A stretch of DNA of 64,000 nt from Carcharhinus amblyrhynchos (lineage: Eukaryota), in the NCBI GenBank assembly GCA_965287045.1, contig OZ336874.1, positions 25,544,001 through 25,608,000 of the forward strand, in the 5' to 3' direction. Below, in pieces: positions 1 through 12,650 of this stretch. Below the pieces are notes generated by a model, which worked only from the letters and a program-made list of their open reading frames with translations, made no database searches and was not told where the DNA came from. The number at the start of each line of letters is the position of its first letter. Positions within the stretch are counted from its first letter, which is position 1. Made by a program: the position numbers and the translations under genes.

Positions 1-41
1 TTTTCTCCAATAGTTTCCTTACCACTGATGTGAGACTCTCT
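1..41 (-). mobile_element. CR1-clade LINE ORF2 fragment abutting the assembly gap
   Basis: Reverse strand reads SLTSVVRKLLEK, the segment that follows NYRPV in CR1 RT. Confidence 0.7.
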
Positions 42-172
42 NNNNNNNNNNNNNNNNNNNNNNNNNNNNNNNNNNNNNNNNNNNNNNNNNNNNNNNNNNN
101 NNNNNNNNNNNNNNNNNNNNNNNNNNNNNNNNNNNNNNNNNNNNNNNNNNNNNNNNNNNNNNNNNNNNNNNN
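42..172. other. Assembly gap (131 N)
   Basis: Run of N. Confidence 1.
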
Positions 173-789
173 GGATCAAGTCAGGCATATTAACCCTGGG
201 TACAGTTCAAAGGTAGAGGCAAGTGCTGATGAGGAGGATGGATCACATTCTGGGCTCAAATTAAAGAAGACATTGTGAGAGAGGAAGCTGATGAAATGTT
301 GCAGGTCCACAGGGGGCAAATATCTGTCAGCTGTCAAGTGAGTGAAGAACTGTAATTGATGGCTAACTGTTTAGTTACAGTGGAACAGATGGCCCATCAT
401 GGGTCTTCTGTATAAACTATGGATTTTATTACTATCTCTTGACCTTGTCTTTGATAAAAAATCATTGCCGTCACTTCATGTTGGCAAGACTTCACAAGCC
501 CCAGCCACACAAATAAGTGCATCTTGGCAGCCTCAGCAGCTCTCAACACTCTGGATTAATGAAGATTATCACATTACCTCAATGGCTGAGCTACAGTTCC
601 TGCATACAGAACAATAGGCCTCCCACTTAACCTTTTACCTCCTAGATATCCAGGTGAGGGCATCCAAATGTGCCTTGTCCAATAGCTCCACAATGACAGA
701 CTGTCATTGCAGACGAGTTTGTTTCGGATGGAGCTGGAGTACGAACCACGTTGATGTTACCTGTGAGAACATTTCTATGTTAGTCACCA

Positions 790-866
790 AAGTTTTAGAG
801 TTTATTTGTTAGTGCCACAAATAAGCTTACATTAACACTGCAATGAAGTTACTGTGAAAATCCCCT
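790..866 (-). mobile_element. 3' tail fragment of V-SINE, type-2 tail
   Basis: agtttatttgttagtgccacaaataagcttacattaacactgcaatgaagttactgtgaaaatcccct matches 53778-53845. Confidence 0.75.
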
Positions 867-899
867 GCCAATTCATGATGGTGTGTAATTTTGTTTTGG

Positions 900-1746
900 A
901 ATGATGTGAGGAGTTATGTGAAACAATTCATGAGAATAAGCAGCCCAGTTATTGTATAACATTTAATAAAGAATATGTATTAAATTAAAGATAAATGCAC
1001 ACAAATAGGATTATAATTCAATAAATAAACACTGGAAGTAATAAACTTACTTAAAACTAACAGTGTTATCTAGAAATTACCCCTTGTTCCAAACTATACC
1101 CCCAAATTTGGAACTCATTGAGACATCCTCATTCCCCAAAACATCTGAAACAAATCTATAAATTAAATCCAGCTTATAGTTGCCATCCAAATACCAGGAG
1201 AATGATCCAGTTTGGGAAGTGCCTTTGCCTGGTTCATAAAGATATTGAAGCTGCCTTTATGAAGATTTCTACATTAGCTTAGCTGTAAGACTTTAAAGTG
1301 GTTGCTGTGGTTAGCTGGCTTCCTGTTACATGTTAAATTGGCCTGTTTGCTTCTGCTGGCGTTTTCAGTTACACCCTGGTTTTCTCTTTGATTCTGCTTA
1401 CGGTATATTGGGCAGTCTGTCTCTCTCACATGCCTCGACTATCGAAAATTAGCATCTGTATGCCTACACTGATCTTTCAGTCATCTGGTTTCACTGCTTC
1501 CTGATGATAGAGCTATTTACATCTGATCTTATCTAGATGTCTGCTAATCTTGTTACTGGGAAATGGACGCATCTCGTTATCCCATTTAAATAGTGTCTAC
1601 TGCTGTCACCAACTTGAATGCAACAAGCAGGGCAGTTGGATTGCCAATCATGACATGAGGCCATCTTTCACCATGGCACAGTTGTCTCTAATCATTACTT
1701 TTGAAGTTTGAAGTCTTCAGCTAGATTGCCTCTCCACTATATCACA
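900..1746 (-). mobile_element. Possible solo LTR
   Basis: TGTGA...TCACA ends and LTR-like composition; no target-site duplication verified. Confidence 0.3.
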
Positions 1747-3090
1747 AAAATGTCTTCCTGCCATGGAAGAATGGTAAATAGTGTTCGTTGGCTGCAGATT
1801 AAAATAACCACATGGAAATCTGAGGCAGGTTTTTTCAGATGGTGAGATTTCTCATCCCATCTCCCATAATTAATGGGGAACACATCCCCACCAATGTTGG
1901 CAGCCCAATAGTCATGTGATGCTCATGGAAAGAAACCTTACCACCTTGTTCAGGGCACCCTGGCTCTGGCCTAATGCTGTTGTTACTGCCCTTTCTCTAG
2001 TTTCTATTTGTGATATTGTGCCATGCTCATTTTATTCCGTTTCCTTCCCTCACAAACACTCTTTAGCCAGTGACCCTGGCAGTCTGTCCAGTCTCTCACA
2101 TAGCTACCAGAAGACAGAATAGTCCTAACAGGCCATGCGGATCTGTTGTACTTCTTCCACAATCTCTCCTTATGGTGCTCTTTCACCAACCTCTCCTTAT
2201 GAAGTAAGATATTGCTTCCCAGTGCTCTGCACAAGATACACACACCATATATTAGACTCCAGAAGCATTCAGACTATTAGCATAAATTCATGATCTTCCA
2301 TCACACTGTAGGTTAAGGCTCTTGGAACAGTGATGGTCTTTTTGAATTCAGCACGCCTGGCCCAGCAGATTGGATTTCATGCTTATGTTATTCATGCTCT
2401 GATTCCTTTCCTCTACTGGCAAAAATGGGATCTGTCAGAAATGGGGCTTGGATTCCCGATACCTAGCCCAGCCTGCTATGTTTAAGGGCTTCTGGAGTTG
2501 GCTTGATTTCATGAAAGTCCAGCCCCTAGAATGCCATCCTTCCCATTTTGAGGCATGTTTCCATTCTTGCCAAAATGTCATGGGCAGAATTTTACAGACC
2601 TCCGTTGACAGATTTGCTGGTGGTGTTCCTGTAAAATTTATTAGTGGCCTTCCTGACACTTCCCATCCTCAAAGTTGAATGTCCATCTTCACCCCAATTG
2701 GTCTGTTTTCTGTTTGGTGTTAATTTTGAGGCAGTTGGGAGTAGGTCAGAGATGGGGATGAAGCCCAACAAGCTAACCTACTCAGGGTTCAGAATGGGTA
2801 AGAGGGTGAGCACTTCCACTGGCTCCCTTCACATATCGGTACATCCCTCTCAAGGTTTATCCTCTCAGGTATCCCCTCCCTCTCCCTCCTCCCCTTCTCC
2901 ATTTTTCCCAGGGTCTCCTCTCTTGACCCTGTCATAAGCTCCAATACTTTCCTATGTCCTGCACTCCTGGCATTTTGGCTCATTGGACTAGGATTAGTCC
3001 CAGCAGTGGCCATTGCTCCCTGTATCACTGTTACTAGAGAGCTTCCAGCCAATTAGATTTTCCAGCAGCTCTCAGTGGCAAGACTTACTT

Positions 3091-3204
3091 ATGAAGTGGA
3101 GATGCTGACATTGGACTCCCCACTCAACTGGGCATTCCAAAAGCTAGTGGCGTTTACTACCAAATAAACCTGTTGGACTTTAACCTGGTGTTGTGAGACT
3201 TCTT
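3091..3204. mobile_element. Penelope-like terminal fragment (same family as 42287-42508)
   Basis: Shares gtggagatgc..ttggact and aagctagtgg..taccaaataaacctgttggactttaacctggtgttgtgagacttctt with the 42.3 kb copy. Confidence 0.7.
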
Positions 3205-4029
3205 TTTGTGCAGGACTTACTTCACAGAGATTAAGTGGCTGGTGGGCAGCTATTCTTGTTGGATCTGCATTCCCGGATGACATTTTCAGTGGCAGACTGG
3301 GAAAATGTGGATCTGAAAAATCCTGCCCCATATTTCTATATGGCTGTGTCAGCAGCTCACTTTATTTATCACAATCCATACATTCATCTACTTGAACTGC
3401 AAATCTAATTTAAACATTATTACATTCTGTTTTACTCTAATTCCACTTAACGTCTTACTATTTTCTGCTCTAATGCTGTCTGCCTCTCCCAATCCTTTTT
3501 CCCTTCTTCCTCCATTCTAATGTTAGTTCCTGTAGCCCAAACAAATTAAACCTTCTCCAACAACACAAGCAAACCATCCTCTGATACTGGTCCCTGCACT
3601 AATGAGGTGCAAACCATTTTACCTATACAAATCCCAACTCCTTCAAAACCAATCTCAATATCCAAGGAATCTAAAGACCTCCCTTTCATACCAGCTTTCC
3701 AGCCATACATTAATTCTTCTATTTTATACTCACTAGCGCGTGACACTGAGAGCAATCTGGATATTATACCCCCAAAACTCTTTGATTCTCTTATTGATTT
3801 CTTTCTGACCTCTCTAAACTCTATAATCTTTCTGTAGTCCTTATACCTTTTCCTATTTATTTTGTTTGTATGGATATGGGCTGAAACCTCGAGCTATTCA
3901 GAACATTCTAACATCGGACGATGGAGTGTGGTGGAGGTGGGTGGGGGGGGAGGTGTGGGGGGTGGATATGCCGTCTTAGATACATCTCAATGACTGCAGA
4001 AATGCCTATCTGTTACACTACAAATAGAA

Positions 4030-4430
4030 TCTCCATCACTACTGCTTTCCTAGTCTTCCTCATGCCATCCTATATAGCTGATCCACCCATGGTGCCATAG
4101 ACTTGGTCTCTGCATAGTCTCCATAGGTTACACATCACTCTCACTGGTATTCAGGTGCACTCAGTGAACTCCAGAACAATCTGCCTGGCTCTCATTGACT
4201 ACCTGGCCATCACTAATTCTGTCTCTGGCTGCAGACCCATAAGCTGCTACCCATTAAGCTCTTAGCATCCTGGACAAACTACACTACTGCACATGTTCTG
4301 AAATCTGGAGCTCGAACTGCTCCATCTGACAAACGTTCTGTAAACATGATCATCCAGGACATAACAGACATTCTAGGGTTCCCACACTGATTAGCATGTG
4401 CTGACCACAGGACTAAGGTGCCCTGCCATT
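4030..4430 (-). mobile_element. Old CR1 ORF1 N-terminal fragment
   Basis: Reverse strand ATGGCAGGGCAC start followed by WE...VLDDH remnants, resembling the zinc-finger region of 58732 and 61469. Confidence 0.5.
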
Positions 4431-4829
4431 CCATATTCAAAAGACTAACTAAACTTCATACCAGTAAAGACTTTTTTTAAATCACCAATTTCCACCTTCC
4501 CTTGTGTCAATATCACTATCATTTTGCTTCAGCTGATCCACATAGATATTTGCATTTAAGAGGAAGCACAATAAACATAGTGGTGGGGGTGGGGGGGGGG
4601 GGGGCAGTGAGTGGCAGGGGTGATGGGGGAAGAGAAAGTAATACAGATGGAATTAGATGAAGAAGGGTCAGAGCATGCTCATTTTGAACAGCATAAGCGT
4701 GTTCAACCTTTACTCTGTTGTAAATACCAGATAAAACTGTGGTGCAACCCTCCAGCTAATTTGGTGTCATGTGCAAATGCATCAACTTTGTTTTCTTCCT
4801 AGCTCTAAATCATTTCTGAACACTTGCCT

Positions 4830-5240
4830 ATTTGTTAGTCTGACACAGTTTCATTCTCAAAGCCCCCTCCCTCCTTTCTTCAGAAGATATCTTCTTTTCT
4901 GTGCATTTCCCATTGACAAATGAATTGCTGATGTGGCATGTTATCAAAATCCTGCCTGAAGTCTAAACCTGAAGGCACAACAGATTCCACATTGTCTACA
5001 AAATTCACCATTTCCTCTGAGCACCCCAGAAATTTTGTTCCATAAACTCATGTTCTGATTTCTCTCCCATAAACTCGTGCTGACCCCATCTCTCTCCACC
5101 ATAAATATCTAGTTGATTCATTGCCATTCTTTCAGGATTTCTTTCAATACTTGACCCCAAACAGATATCTTCCATCTTCTGAACCTTACATGCCAAAGTT
5201 CCTCCTGCTGCCACATTCCACATTTAAAACACTCATCCAC
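4830..5240 (-). mobile_element. Old CR1 RT fragment
   Basis: Reverse strand DFRQDFDNMPH resembles DFQKAFDKVPH. Confidence 0.5.
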
Positions 5241-5299
5241 ATATTCATCGCATCAGAGAAAGAGATACTTGTATTTATGATCACTGAATGTCTAAAAAC

Positions 5300-5685
5300 T
5301 TTATAAACAGTGAAATACTTTTTGAGGTGTAGCGACTGTTGTAATGTAGGAAATGCAGTAGCCAATTTTGTGCGCAGCAAGCTCTCATGAAGAGCGATGT
5401 GATAGTGACCAGCTAACCTGTTTATATGTGAAGTTGACAAAGGGTTAAATAAACCAGGGCACTGGGGATAAATCCCCCGATCTTCTTTAAAACAGTACTA
5501 TGGGATTTTTCACATCCATTTGAGAGAGCAGACGGGGCATCGGTTTGACATCCCATCCAAAAAAGAGTGCAGCACACCTTCAGTAGTGCGCTAGAGTGTC
5601 AGCCCTGATGTTTAAGTCCTGGAGTCAGACTTGATCCCATGATTTTCTGTCTCGGAGGTGAAAGTGCTCCCAACCACAGCTGATG
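5300..5685 (-). mobile_element. Deu-domain SINE (SacSINE1-like)
   Basis: Reverse strand shows a degenerate tRNA-like head, then aaaccgatgccccgtctgctctctcaaatggatgtgaaaaatcccatag and ttgctgcgcacaaaattggctactgcatttcctacattacaacagt. Confidence 0.75.
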
Positions 5686-6843
5686 CCTAACATTGCAAGG
5701 TTGGTCTTTTAAGAGCTCATTTCATTTGCCTCTTCAACTCATAAACATTAAGTAATCCAAAACTCCAAAGTCACATGCTCAACTGTGTCTGAATTATCCC
5801 AGCAATTACTAACTCATTGTTCTTCAGCTATAGAATGCTATTTTTGTTCACTCTCAAATTCCTCCTCAATCATGATCCATCTTGATAGGCAATAATGGCT
5901 TAATAAATTTAATACTTCTTACACCTATGCATCAAATTCAATTTAAGAACTAAAAACAATTGAAATTTGTCAATTTTGATTATTTTGTAAAGATTTATTC
6001 TGAAAGGCTTGCATGGTCAACACAGCTTCTGACATTTACAGTGCACTGTATGGTGGCAATCATATGTCTGTACCAGAGAGCAATGCATTTTTAAAAATTT
6101 GTGATAGACAAATTACATTTTACACTGCTCTAAATCATTTTGATTTCAAATTTCTCACCATGAAAGAAAATGTTAGCTAAAATAATGGGTACATACTTAA
6201 ATTAGAAGGAAATAACTAACGACCACAAGGATTTGTGCTGGGGTCTTAATTTTTCACTGTTTTTATTAATGGATTACATAACATAACACAGATTATTACA
6301 TATTCAGGTAACACAAAGTTTGGTGAGAGGGAGATTTGTTCAGATAAGAACATAACATTGCATGATGGATTGGACAGAATTTAATCCAGCCCACTGCAAC
6401 CAGCAAAGTGCTAGCCGGACCCACTAACTTATGCATCAGTCAGCAACCGGCAGGAAAGCTTCCCATGATGAAATCGGAGGCAGGAAGAGGTCAATGCGTA
6501 CAACTCACCCACTCGAGGCGGCAGGGTAATTAGACTCATAAATAAGCCTATTAAAGCAATTTAACGGTGAAACCATCATGATTTAGTGGTGCTTTGACAA
6601 TTAAATGCAAATCCCACGAGTCCCCCATGGTTGCTGAAATCCATGCAGTGAACATTAGCAGCTTTTAAGTGGTTTCTCTCACAAGAAGCTGTTCTTGGAT
6701 CTCAAGTCCTTAAAGTGGCCATGTTCACTGGAGGAGCACTGGTCTAGTTCCTTAGGTGGCAACGCACAATCTGCTCTGTCCAGCCTCCCATGATTTTGAA
6801 CATCTCGATTAAATCTCCCCTCAACCTTCTCTCCAGGGAAAGA

Positions 6844-7403
6844 TGTGACTTTTGGAAAGAATTTTAAGATGAGTTCTTCAAATGTGGAGATCAGAAATCC
6901 TGGTAAGAAATATAGCATTTCAGTGAGACTGGTGTGGCTTACACTGGTGACAAGTATCTGGGTAGTACGTGGAATCTGCTTTGGTTGCATCTGTCACTTA
7001 CTTTGGAGCATAGTGCATCATCCACAATTCACCAGTTGGTTCACATGTATTGCTTTTTTACCCTGAATATTAGAACATAAGACAGATATGATAAATTGCT
7101 TTATCTTTCCAAATTTGTATATACTTGTAAAGAGATTGCTGAGCTGAAGGAAAAGTAAATACCTGAATCATTCTCTGCTGTTTGTGTTGCAATCCTCCCA
7201 ACCTTTTCATCTGGAATAATATAGTTAATTTTTGTTATGTAAGATGTGTTAAATTCTTTTCAATAAAAGTGAATCAGTCGATTCCTGTGAATTTGTTCAG
7301 TAACTTATCTCCATGGCTTCTAAAAAAAAGTTAGGATTCATGAGGCCAGGTTTTATTCTAGGGTCTGCTTTGTTCACTATCAGCATCAACTGGTATTACA
7401 ACA
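6844..7403 (+). mobile_element. Solo-LTR-like element
   Basis: Begins TGTGAC, ends ACAACA, AATAAA at ~7262; flanking 5-mers do not match. Confidence 0.45.
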
Positions 7404-7987
7404 ATATTCAGGGGAATAGACAAGAAGATGAGTGCAGAAAGCTGTGTTTCTGCCAAGTTACAAGGTTCAGGCTACCTCCTCATGGCTGGAGAGGAACTTA
7501 CAATGAGAGTGGAGGAATGAGATAGAGAATCTGGTGAACTGATGTGACGACAATAACCTCTTCCTCAATGTCAACTAAATGAAGGAGATAGTCATCAACG
7601 TCAGGACGTGTAAAGGAAAATATGCTTCAGTCTACATCAATGAAGTAGAAATGGTTGAGACCTTCAAATTTTCAGGCGTCAAGATGACCAACAACTTGCC
7701 CTGATCCCTCCATGCCGATTTAAGAATGCCCACCATTGCCTCTACTTTTTCAGAAGACTGAGGAAATTTGGCATGTCCGCTACAACTCACCAACTTTTAC
7801 AGGTGCACCATAGAAAGCATTCTTTTTGCATGCATCACATCTTGGTATGTCTCTTGCTCTGTCCAAGGCTGCAAGGAATGATATAAGCTTGTGAATGAAG
7901 CCCAGCCCATCACTCAAACTAGCCTCCCCACCCATTGACACAATCTACACTTCCCTCTGCCTCCGAAAAGCAGCCAGCGTAATTAAA

Positions 7988-8288
7988 GGTAGCACAGTGG
8001 CACAGTGGTTAGCACTGCTGCCTCACAGCAGCAGGGACCCGGGTTCAGTTCTGGCCTTGAGTGACTGATTGTGCAGACTCCACACATTCTCCCCATGTCT
8101 GCATAGGTTTTGTCTGGATGCTGCCATTTCATCCCATAATCCAAAGATATGCAGGTTAGGTTGATTGGCAATGCTAAATTGCCCCTTAGTGTCAGGGGAA
8201 TTAGCAGCCTAAATATGTGGAGTTATGGGGATAGGGCCTAGATGGGATTACTGCCCGTGCAGGCTCTGTGAGCCAAGTGGCTTCCTTA
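7988..8288 (+). mobile_element. HE1-type V-SINE, first of a tandem pair
   Basis: tRNA-like head gtggcacagtggttagcactgctgcctcacagc...gggttca, V-domain, CR1-type tail. Confidence 0.9.
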
Positions 8289-8296
8289 AAAACATG

Positions 8297-8602
8297 GATA
8301 GCACAGTGGCACAATGGTTAGCACTACTGCCTCATAGTGTCAGCTACCTGGATTCAATTCTGGCCTCAGATCACTGTCTGTGAGGAATCTGCACATTCTC
8401 CGTGTCTGTGTAGGTTTCCTGTGGGTGCTCTTGTTTTCTCCCACACTCGAAAGATGTGCAGGTTAAGTTGATTGCCCATGCTAAATTAACCTTAGTGGAA
8501 TGGGGATTTACAGGGTAAATATGCAGGGAATAGGGCATGGATGTGATTGTGTTTGGTGCAGACTCGATGGGCTGAATGGCCTCCTCTGCACTCTAGGGAT
8601 TC
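8297..8602 (+). mobile_element. HE1-type V-SINE, second of a tandem pair
   Basis: Same head and V-domain; tail ctcgatgggctgaatggcctcctctgcactctagggattc. Confidence 0.9.
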
Positions 8603-9039
8603 CAAGGACCCCACGCACCCCGGGCATGTTCTCTTCCACCTTCTTTCATCAGAAAAAAGACACTAAAGTCTGAGAACATGCACAAACCGACTAAAGAACG
8701 GCTTCTTCCTTGCTGCCATCAACCTTTGAATGGACTGACCTTGCATTAAGTTGATTTTTCTCTATCCTCCAGCTATGAGTGTAATAGTATATTCTGCATG
8801 CTCTTTTCCTTCTGTATTTACAGTATGCTTTGTCCGTATACCGTGCAAGAAATAATAATTTTCACTGCATACTAATAAAAGTGACAATAATAAATCAAAT
8901 CAAAGATCTCAGTAAGGTGAACTTTGCAGGGTCAATAGGGCTGGGTTTGCTGTTGCCATTTCAGTTGCCTGGATCGATGCTAGTTAATCTGTCTGGTTTC
9001 ATCCTGTTGTGGCATTTTTGTACAACTGATTGGCTTGCT

Positions 9040-9330
9040 AGGCCACTTCAGAAGGCATCTCAGGGTCAACAACACTGATGTGGTCTGGAGTTGCATGTCA
9101 GCCAGACCAAGTAAGGATGGCAGGCTTCCTTCCCTAAAGGGCAAAAGTGAAGCAGATATGTTTTTCATGACAATTGACAATGATTTCATGGTCATCATTC
9201 GATTTTTAATTCAGATGCGTTATTGAGTTTCAACTGCCATGGTGGGCTTTGGACATGGGCCCCCAGAGCATTACCCTGGGACTCTGGATTACTGGTCCAG
9301 TGACAATACCACTATGCCACTGCCTGCCCC
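9040..9330 (-). mobile_element. tRNA-derived SINE (second family)
   Basis: Homologous to 21485-21835, 34840-35135 and 60737-60862; reverse-strand head gtggcatagtggtattgtcactggaccagtaatccagag. Confidence 0.75.
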
Positions 9331-10123
9331 TTGTATGTGAAAAGGTGAGGTGGAGAGGAATATGGACTTGCCTGCAACTAATCTGCATCCCATAATCCTG
9401 CATATCTGGTGAGTGGGCACAGGGTGTGTATGATGACTTGACCCATCCTTCACAAATTGACTGTCCGTCTGCCCCTGCTCATCTTTCATCCACAGTTTGC
9501 ACAGCATTAACTCAGACTTACCCTTGCAGTTCAGAGTAGGTAATTTATCCTCTTCTGACACTGGGCCCAATCTTGCTGCTGCACCCCTTGGGTGTTCACC
9601 TCCACTGTGACCCAAGGCCTTGCACAGAGGACTGCTTCTGGTCATCTGAGGGGAAAGGGGTATCCCTCAGATCTGGAGGAGGTCAGTAAATGGGGTGAAT
9701 ATTAAGATTATCCTGTGTGCAACCTGGGGCATCTCTTCCAATAATGTTTCAACCAAAATTGACTTTTGCTTTAGAATTCCTCAGTGGCATGCTCTTGATG
9801 GGTATTTACAATTATACAAGCACATTTCCTTCCTTGCTGACACTGTTTCTCTTAACACACAGGAACTTTTACTTTCACTGCTCTTTTATGCAAACTGCCA
9901 GTCTGACAGCATTTTAAAAATGGTGCCAGCATCTGCAGCTTATAAGGTGATTTGTAGAAACCCCCCACCCCAACATGTGATCATTTCCGCTAATTGGCTG
10001 GTTGAAGCATTGTAGGCCTGAGGCCTATAACCGCCAATGCTTGTAATTTTGTGATTTTTGCGTTTTGTTTTTGCCTTATCCTGGAGTCCCATGTTACATA
10101 TTGCCACCTTCCCAGCCTCATGC

Positions 10124-10438
10124 CATAGAATCATCACAGAAGCTCTACTGTGCAGAAGGAGGCCATTTGGCTCATTGAACCTGCACCAACAACAATCCAT
10201 CCAAACCATATCCCCACAACCCCACGTACTTATCCTATTAATTCCTCCGACACAGAGGGGCAATTCAGCATGGCCAATCCACCTAACCTGCACATCTTTG
10301 GGCTGTGGGAGGAAACTCGGAGGAAACCCATGCAGACAAGGGGAGAATGTGCAAACTCCACACAAACAGTCACCCGAGGCTGGAATTGAACCTAGGTCCC
10401 TGGCGCTGTGAAACAGCAGTTCTAACCACTGTGCTGTC
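10124..10438 (-). mobile_element. HE1-type V-SINE
   Basis: Full head, V-domain and CR1-type tail on the reverse strand. Confidence 0.9.
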
Positions 10439-10479
10439 CTTCATGATCCATGATGCCACAACTAAATTAAGCTTGTTGA

Positions 10480-10930
10480 TAAAACTGTGGCAGATGGATT
10501 TCAACAGATGTGTGAGGTCATCTGTTCCAGATCAAAGGGTGAGTCTGAAAAAATTGGAGTTCTAAAGAGATTTAGTGGTCCATAATAACAGATCATTCAA
10601 AGCAGCAAACAGGTACAAAAGAAAAATTAAAAAGACTAATGGAAAGGTAGTCTCTTCATCTAGAGTGTTGTAAGTGTTATAACAGAAAGAGGTGTTTATT
10701 TTCCACATCTAAAGTCCTTGCTATAGCATATCTGCAGTGCTGTGTACAATTCTGGTCATCCCATTTTCAGAGGATACATTTAAATGATTGCAACATTAAT
10801 TTACTAAAATGTTCCCATGTCTCCCAAGGTTAGAGGAGAGATTACAAGCAACAGCTTCTCTCTTCCAATAAAGAAAGTTAAAGGGTGATTTTATTGAGAT
10901 TCTTTCAGCATTTTGAAAGGGACTTGAAAG
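10480..10930 (+). mobile_element. Old CR1 3' ORF2 fragment
   Basis: WQMDFN and decayed CVQFWSSHF motifs. Confidence 0.6.
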
Positions 10931-10947
10931 ACAGATTTTGTTTTACT

Positions 10948-11047
10948 ACCAAAAGAGAAAATGCTGGAAAATCTCAGCCGATCTGGCAGCAGCTGTAAGG
11001 AGAGAAAAGAGCTGATGTTTCAAGTCTAATTGACCCTTTGTCAAAGC
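10948..11047 (-). mobile_element. Penelope-like terminal fragment with a degenerate hammerhead-like core
   Basis: Closely matches 32317-32411. Confidence 0.65.
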
Positions 11048-11682
11048 GTGGCAAAGGAATCTTTATTGATTTTGGCAAAGGAGTATTTTTTATTGATGGG
11101 AAATTTTAGGACAAGGGATATAACTATAAAACCAGAGCCATTCACGAGAGAAATTAGAATCACTTCTTAATGCAAAGGATGGTCTACTCTCTCACAATAA
11201 ATAATCAATGCTAACTCAATTGATAGCTCCAAACTTCCTGCAGCTAGTTAAAAAACAGTGCCCACCATTTGTTAGACTTGTTCTTATTCATTAAACCTCC
11301 ATGTTATTTTGCACTGCAATTTGTTTGATATGTATTTGGAATTGGTACAGCATACTCTACAAGGCATCTAAGCTCTGAGGCAAGTGACTGTGTAACTTCT
11401 TAATCAATCAAACTGATGGATTTAGAAATGAACAAGCACAAGATCTGAACAAGACAGTGCAAATTAGAATGGGTGAGTTGAATGTCAAATTGGCCATTAC
11501 ATGAGAAACAAAGAAAACCAAGGAAGATTGGACTAAGGGAGAGGCAAAAAGAGACAGAGGAAAAGTTTAAAAAGTAAAATCATTTTTAAAAAATCTTCAG
11601 CAACAATTAAAACCTGAAAGAAGGAGATTAATTGGGCATAGCAGTCTTTATCAGAGAGGTTGACTCTCAGTAATGAATACTT

Positions 11683-11827
11683 ACCCCTAATCGCCACACT
11701 CCGGTGCCTGTTTGGGTACACTGAAAGAGAAGTTACCACAGCCAATGCATCTAACCTGCACAGTGATTTCATTGCCGTGTTAATATAAGCCTACTTGTGA
11801 CACTATTAAGTAAACTTTAAACTTTAA
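11683..11827 (+). mobile_element. V-SINE 3' fragment with an inverted 5' segment
   Basis: 11683-11761 is antisense and 11761-11827 is sense relative to 39928-40220. Confidence 0.75.
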
Positions 11828-11829
11828 CA

Positions 11830-12650
11830 TGTTGAGAAAACGGTACTTAGACTTAGAATGACTTAACGTTCTGTGGTAATATAATCAGGGCCTAGTTATA
11901 AGGCTAATTGAATTGGATAGCTTAAAGAATTGGACGTATGAAAATCAAACATGGTCAAACCTCGAGCAGGTCAGTTATACAAATACACAATCGTGTCTGG
12001 GTCTGGCCCATCAAAAGATCATTGCACTCAAATGAGACACAGCAGGAGATTATTGCACCCCATTGGAATGCACTGGCTGTTGTTAGAAGTCCAGATTGGG
12101 CCAGATTTTCTGTCATCTGGAATTCCTGCAGTTACCTTATGTGGCAAGAAGTTACATGTAAGCAACACCATGGAGATGGTAGTTCCCAGTATCTTGTGAG
12201 GCAGACATCAAGAAACTGATTGGTATTGGAACCCCCTCCTGGGACCTCATTGGCCAGAAATCCAAAGTTTCTGAAAAGGCAGGCAGGCAGGGGATAAAGG
12301 TACATATTTCAGACACACCAGCAGCGAAGACTCAACAATGGAGGTGACCTTGACCATCTGGAAGACTGACCAGAGAAGGAAGGAAGAAGCTGCCATCAAG
12401 ACTCACCTACGTGATGATGGACTAGAGGAACTCAGAGAACCCCGTCTGCAGTTTAACCAAAACATCTTTTTGGGTAGTGTACTTGAATGTGAGGTATCCT
12501 CTTGTTTTATGTGGGTAATTTAAGGGTTAATAGTGTTATTGAACTTTTACTTGTGTTTGTCCTTTGTCCATCTTGCAAATAAGGGCACCAGGGTAAAACC
12601 TCAGTGTAAGCAAACTGGTCGCAAGTATCTGAGAATTAACAGATGCAACA
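11830..12650 (+). mobile_element. Possible solo LTR
   Basis: LTR-like composition with gggataaaagg TATA-like site; ends not verified. Confidence 0.3.

Larger units (their letters stand above)
7520..8903 (+). mobile_element. Rex1/Babar LINE 3' part, interrupted by two SINEs at 7988-8602
   Basis: LYFFRRLRKFGM and NFYRCTIESIL remnants; tail aataataaatcaaatcaaa. Confidence 0.85.

Noticed and set aside
30-278. 82-aa ORF
   Set aside because: Artefact of translating through the N gap
4581-4603. Poly-G run as a functional G-quadruplex (also 3930-3965 and the C-run at 31850-31890)
   Set aside because: Simple low-complexity tracts, error-prone in assembly, with no supporting context
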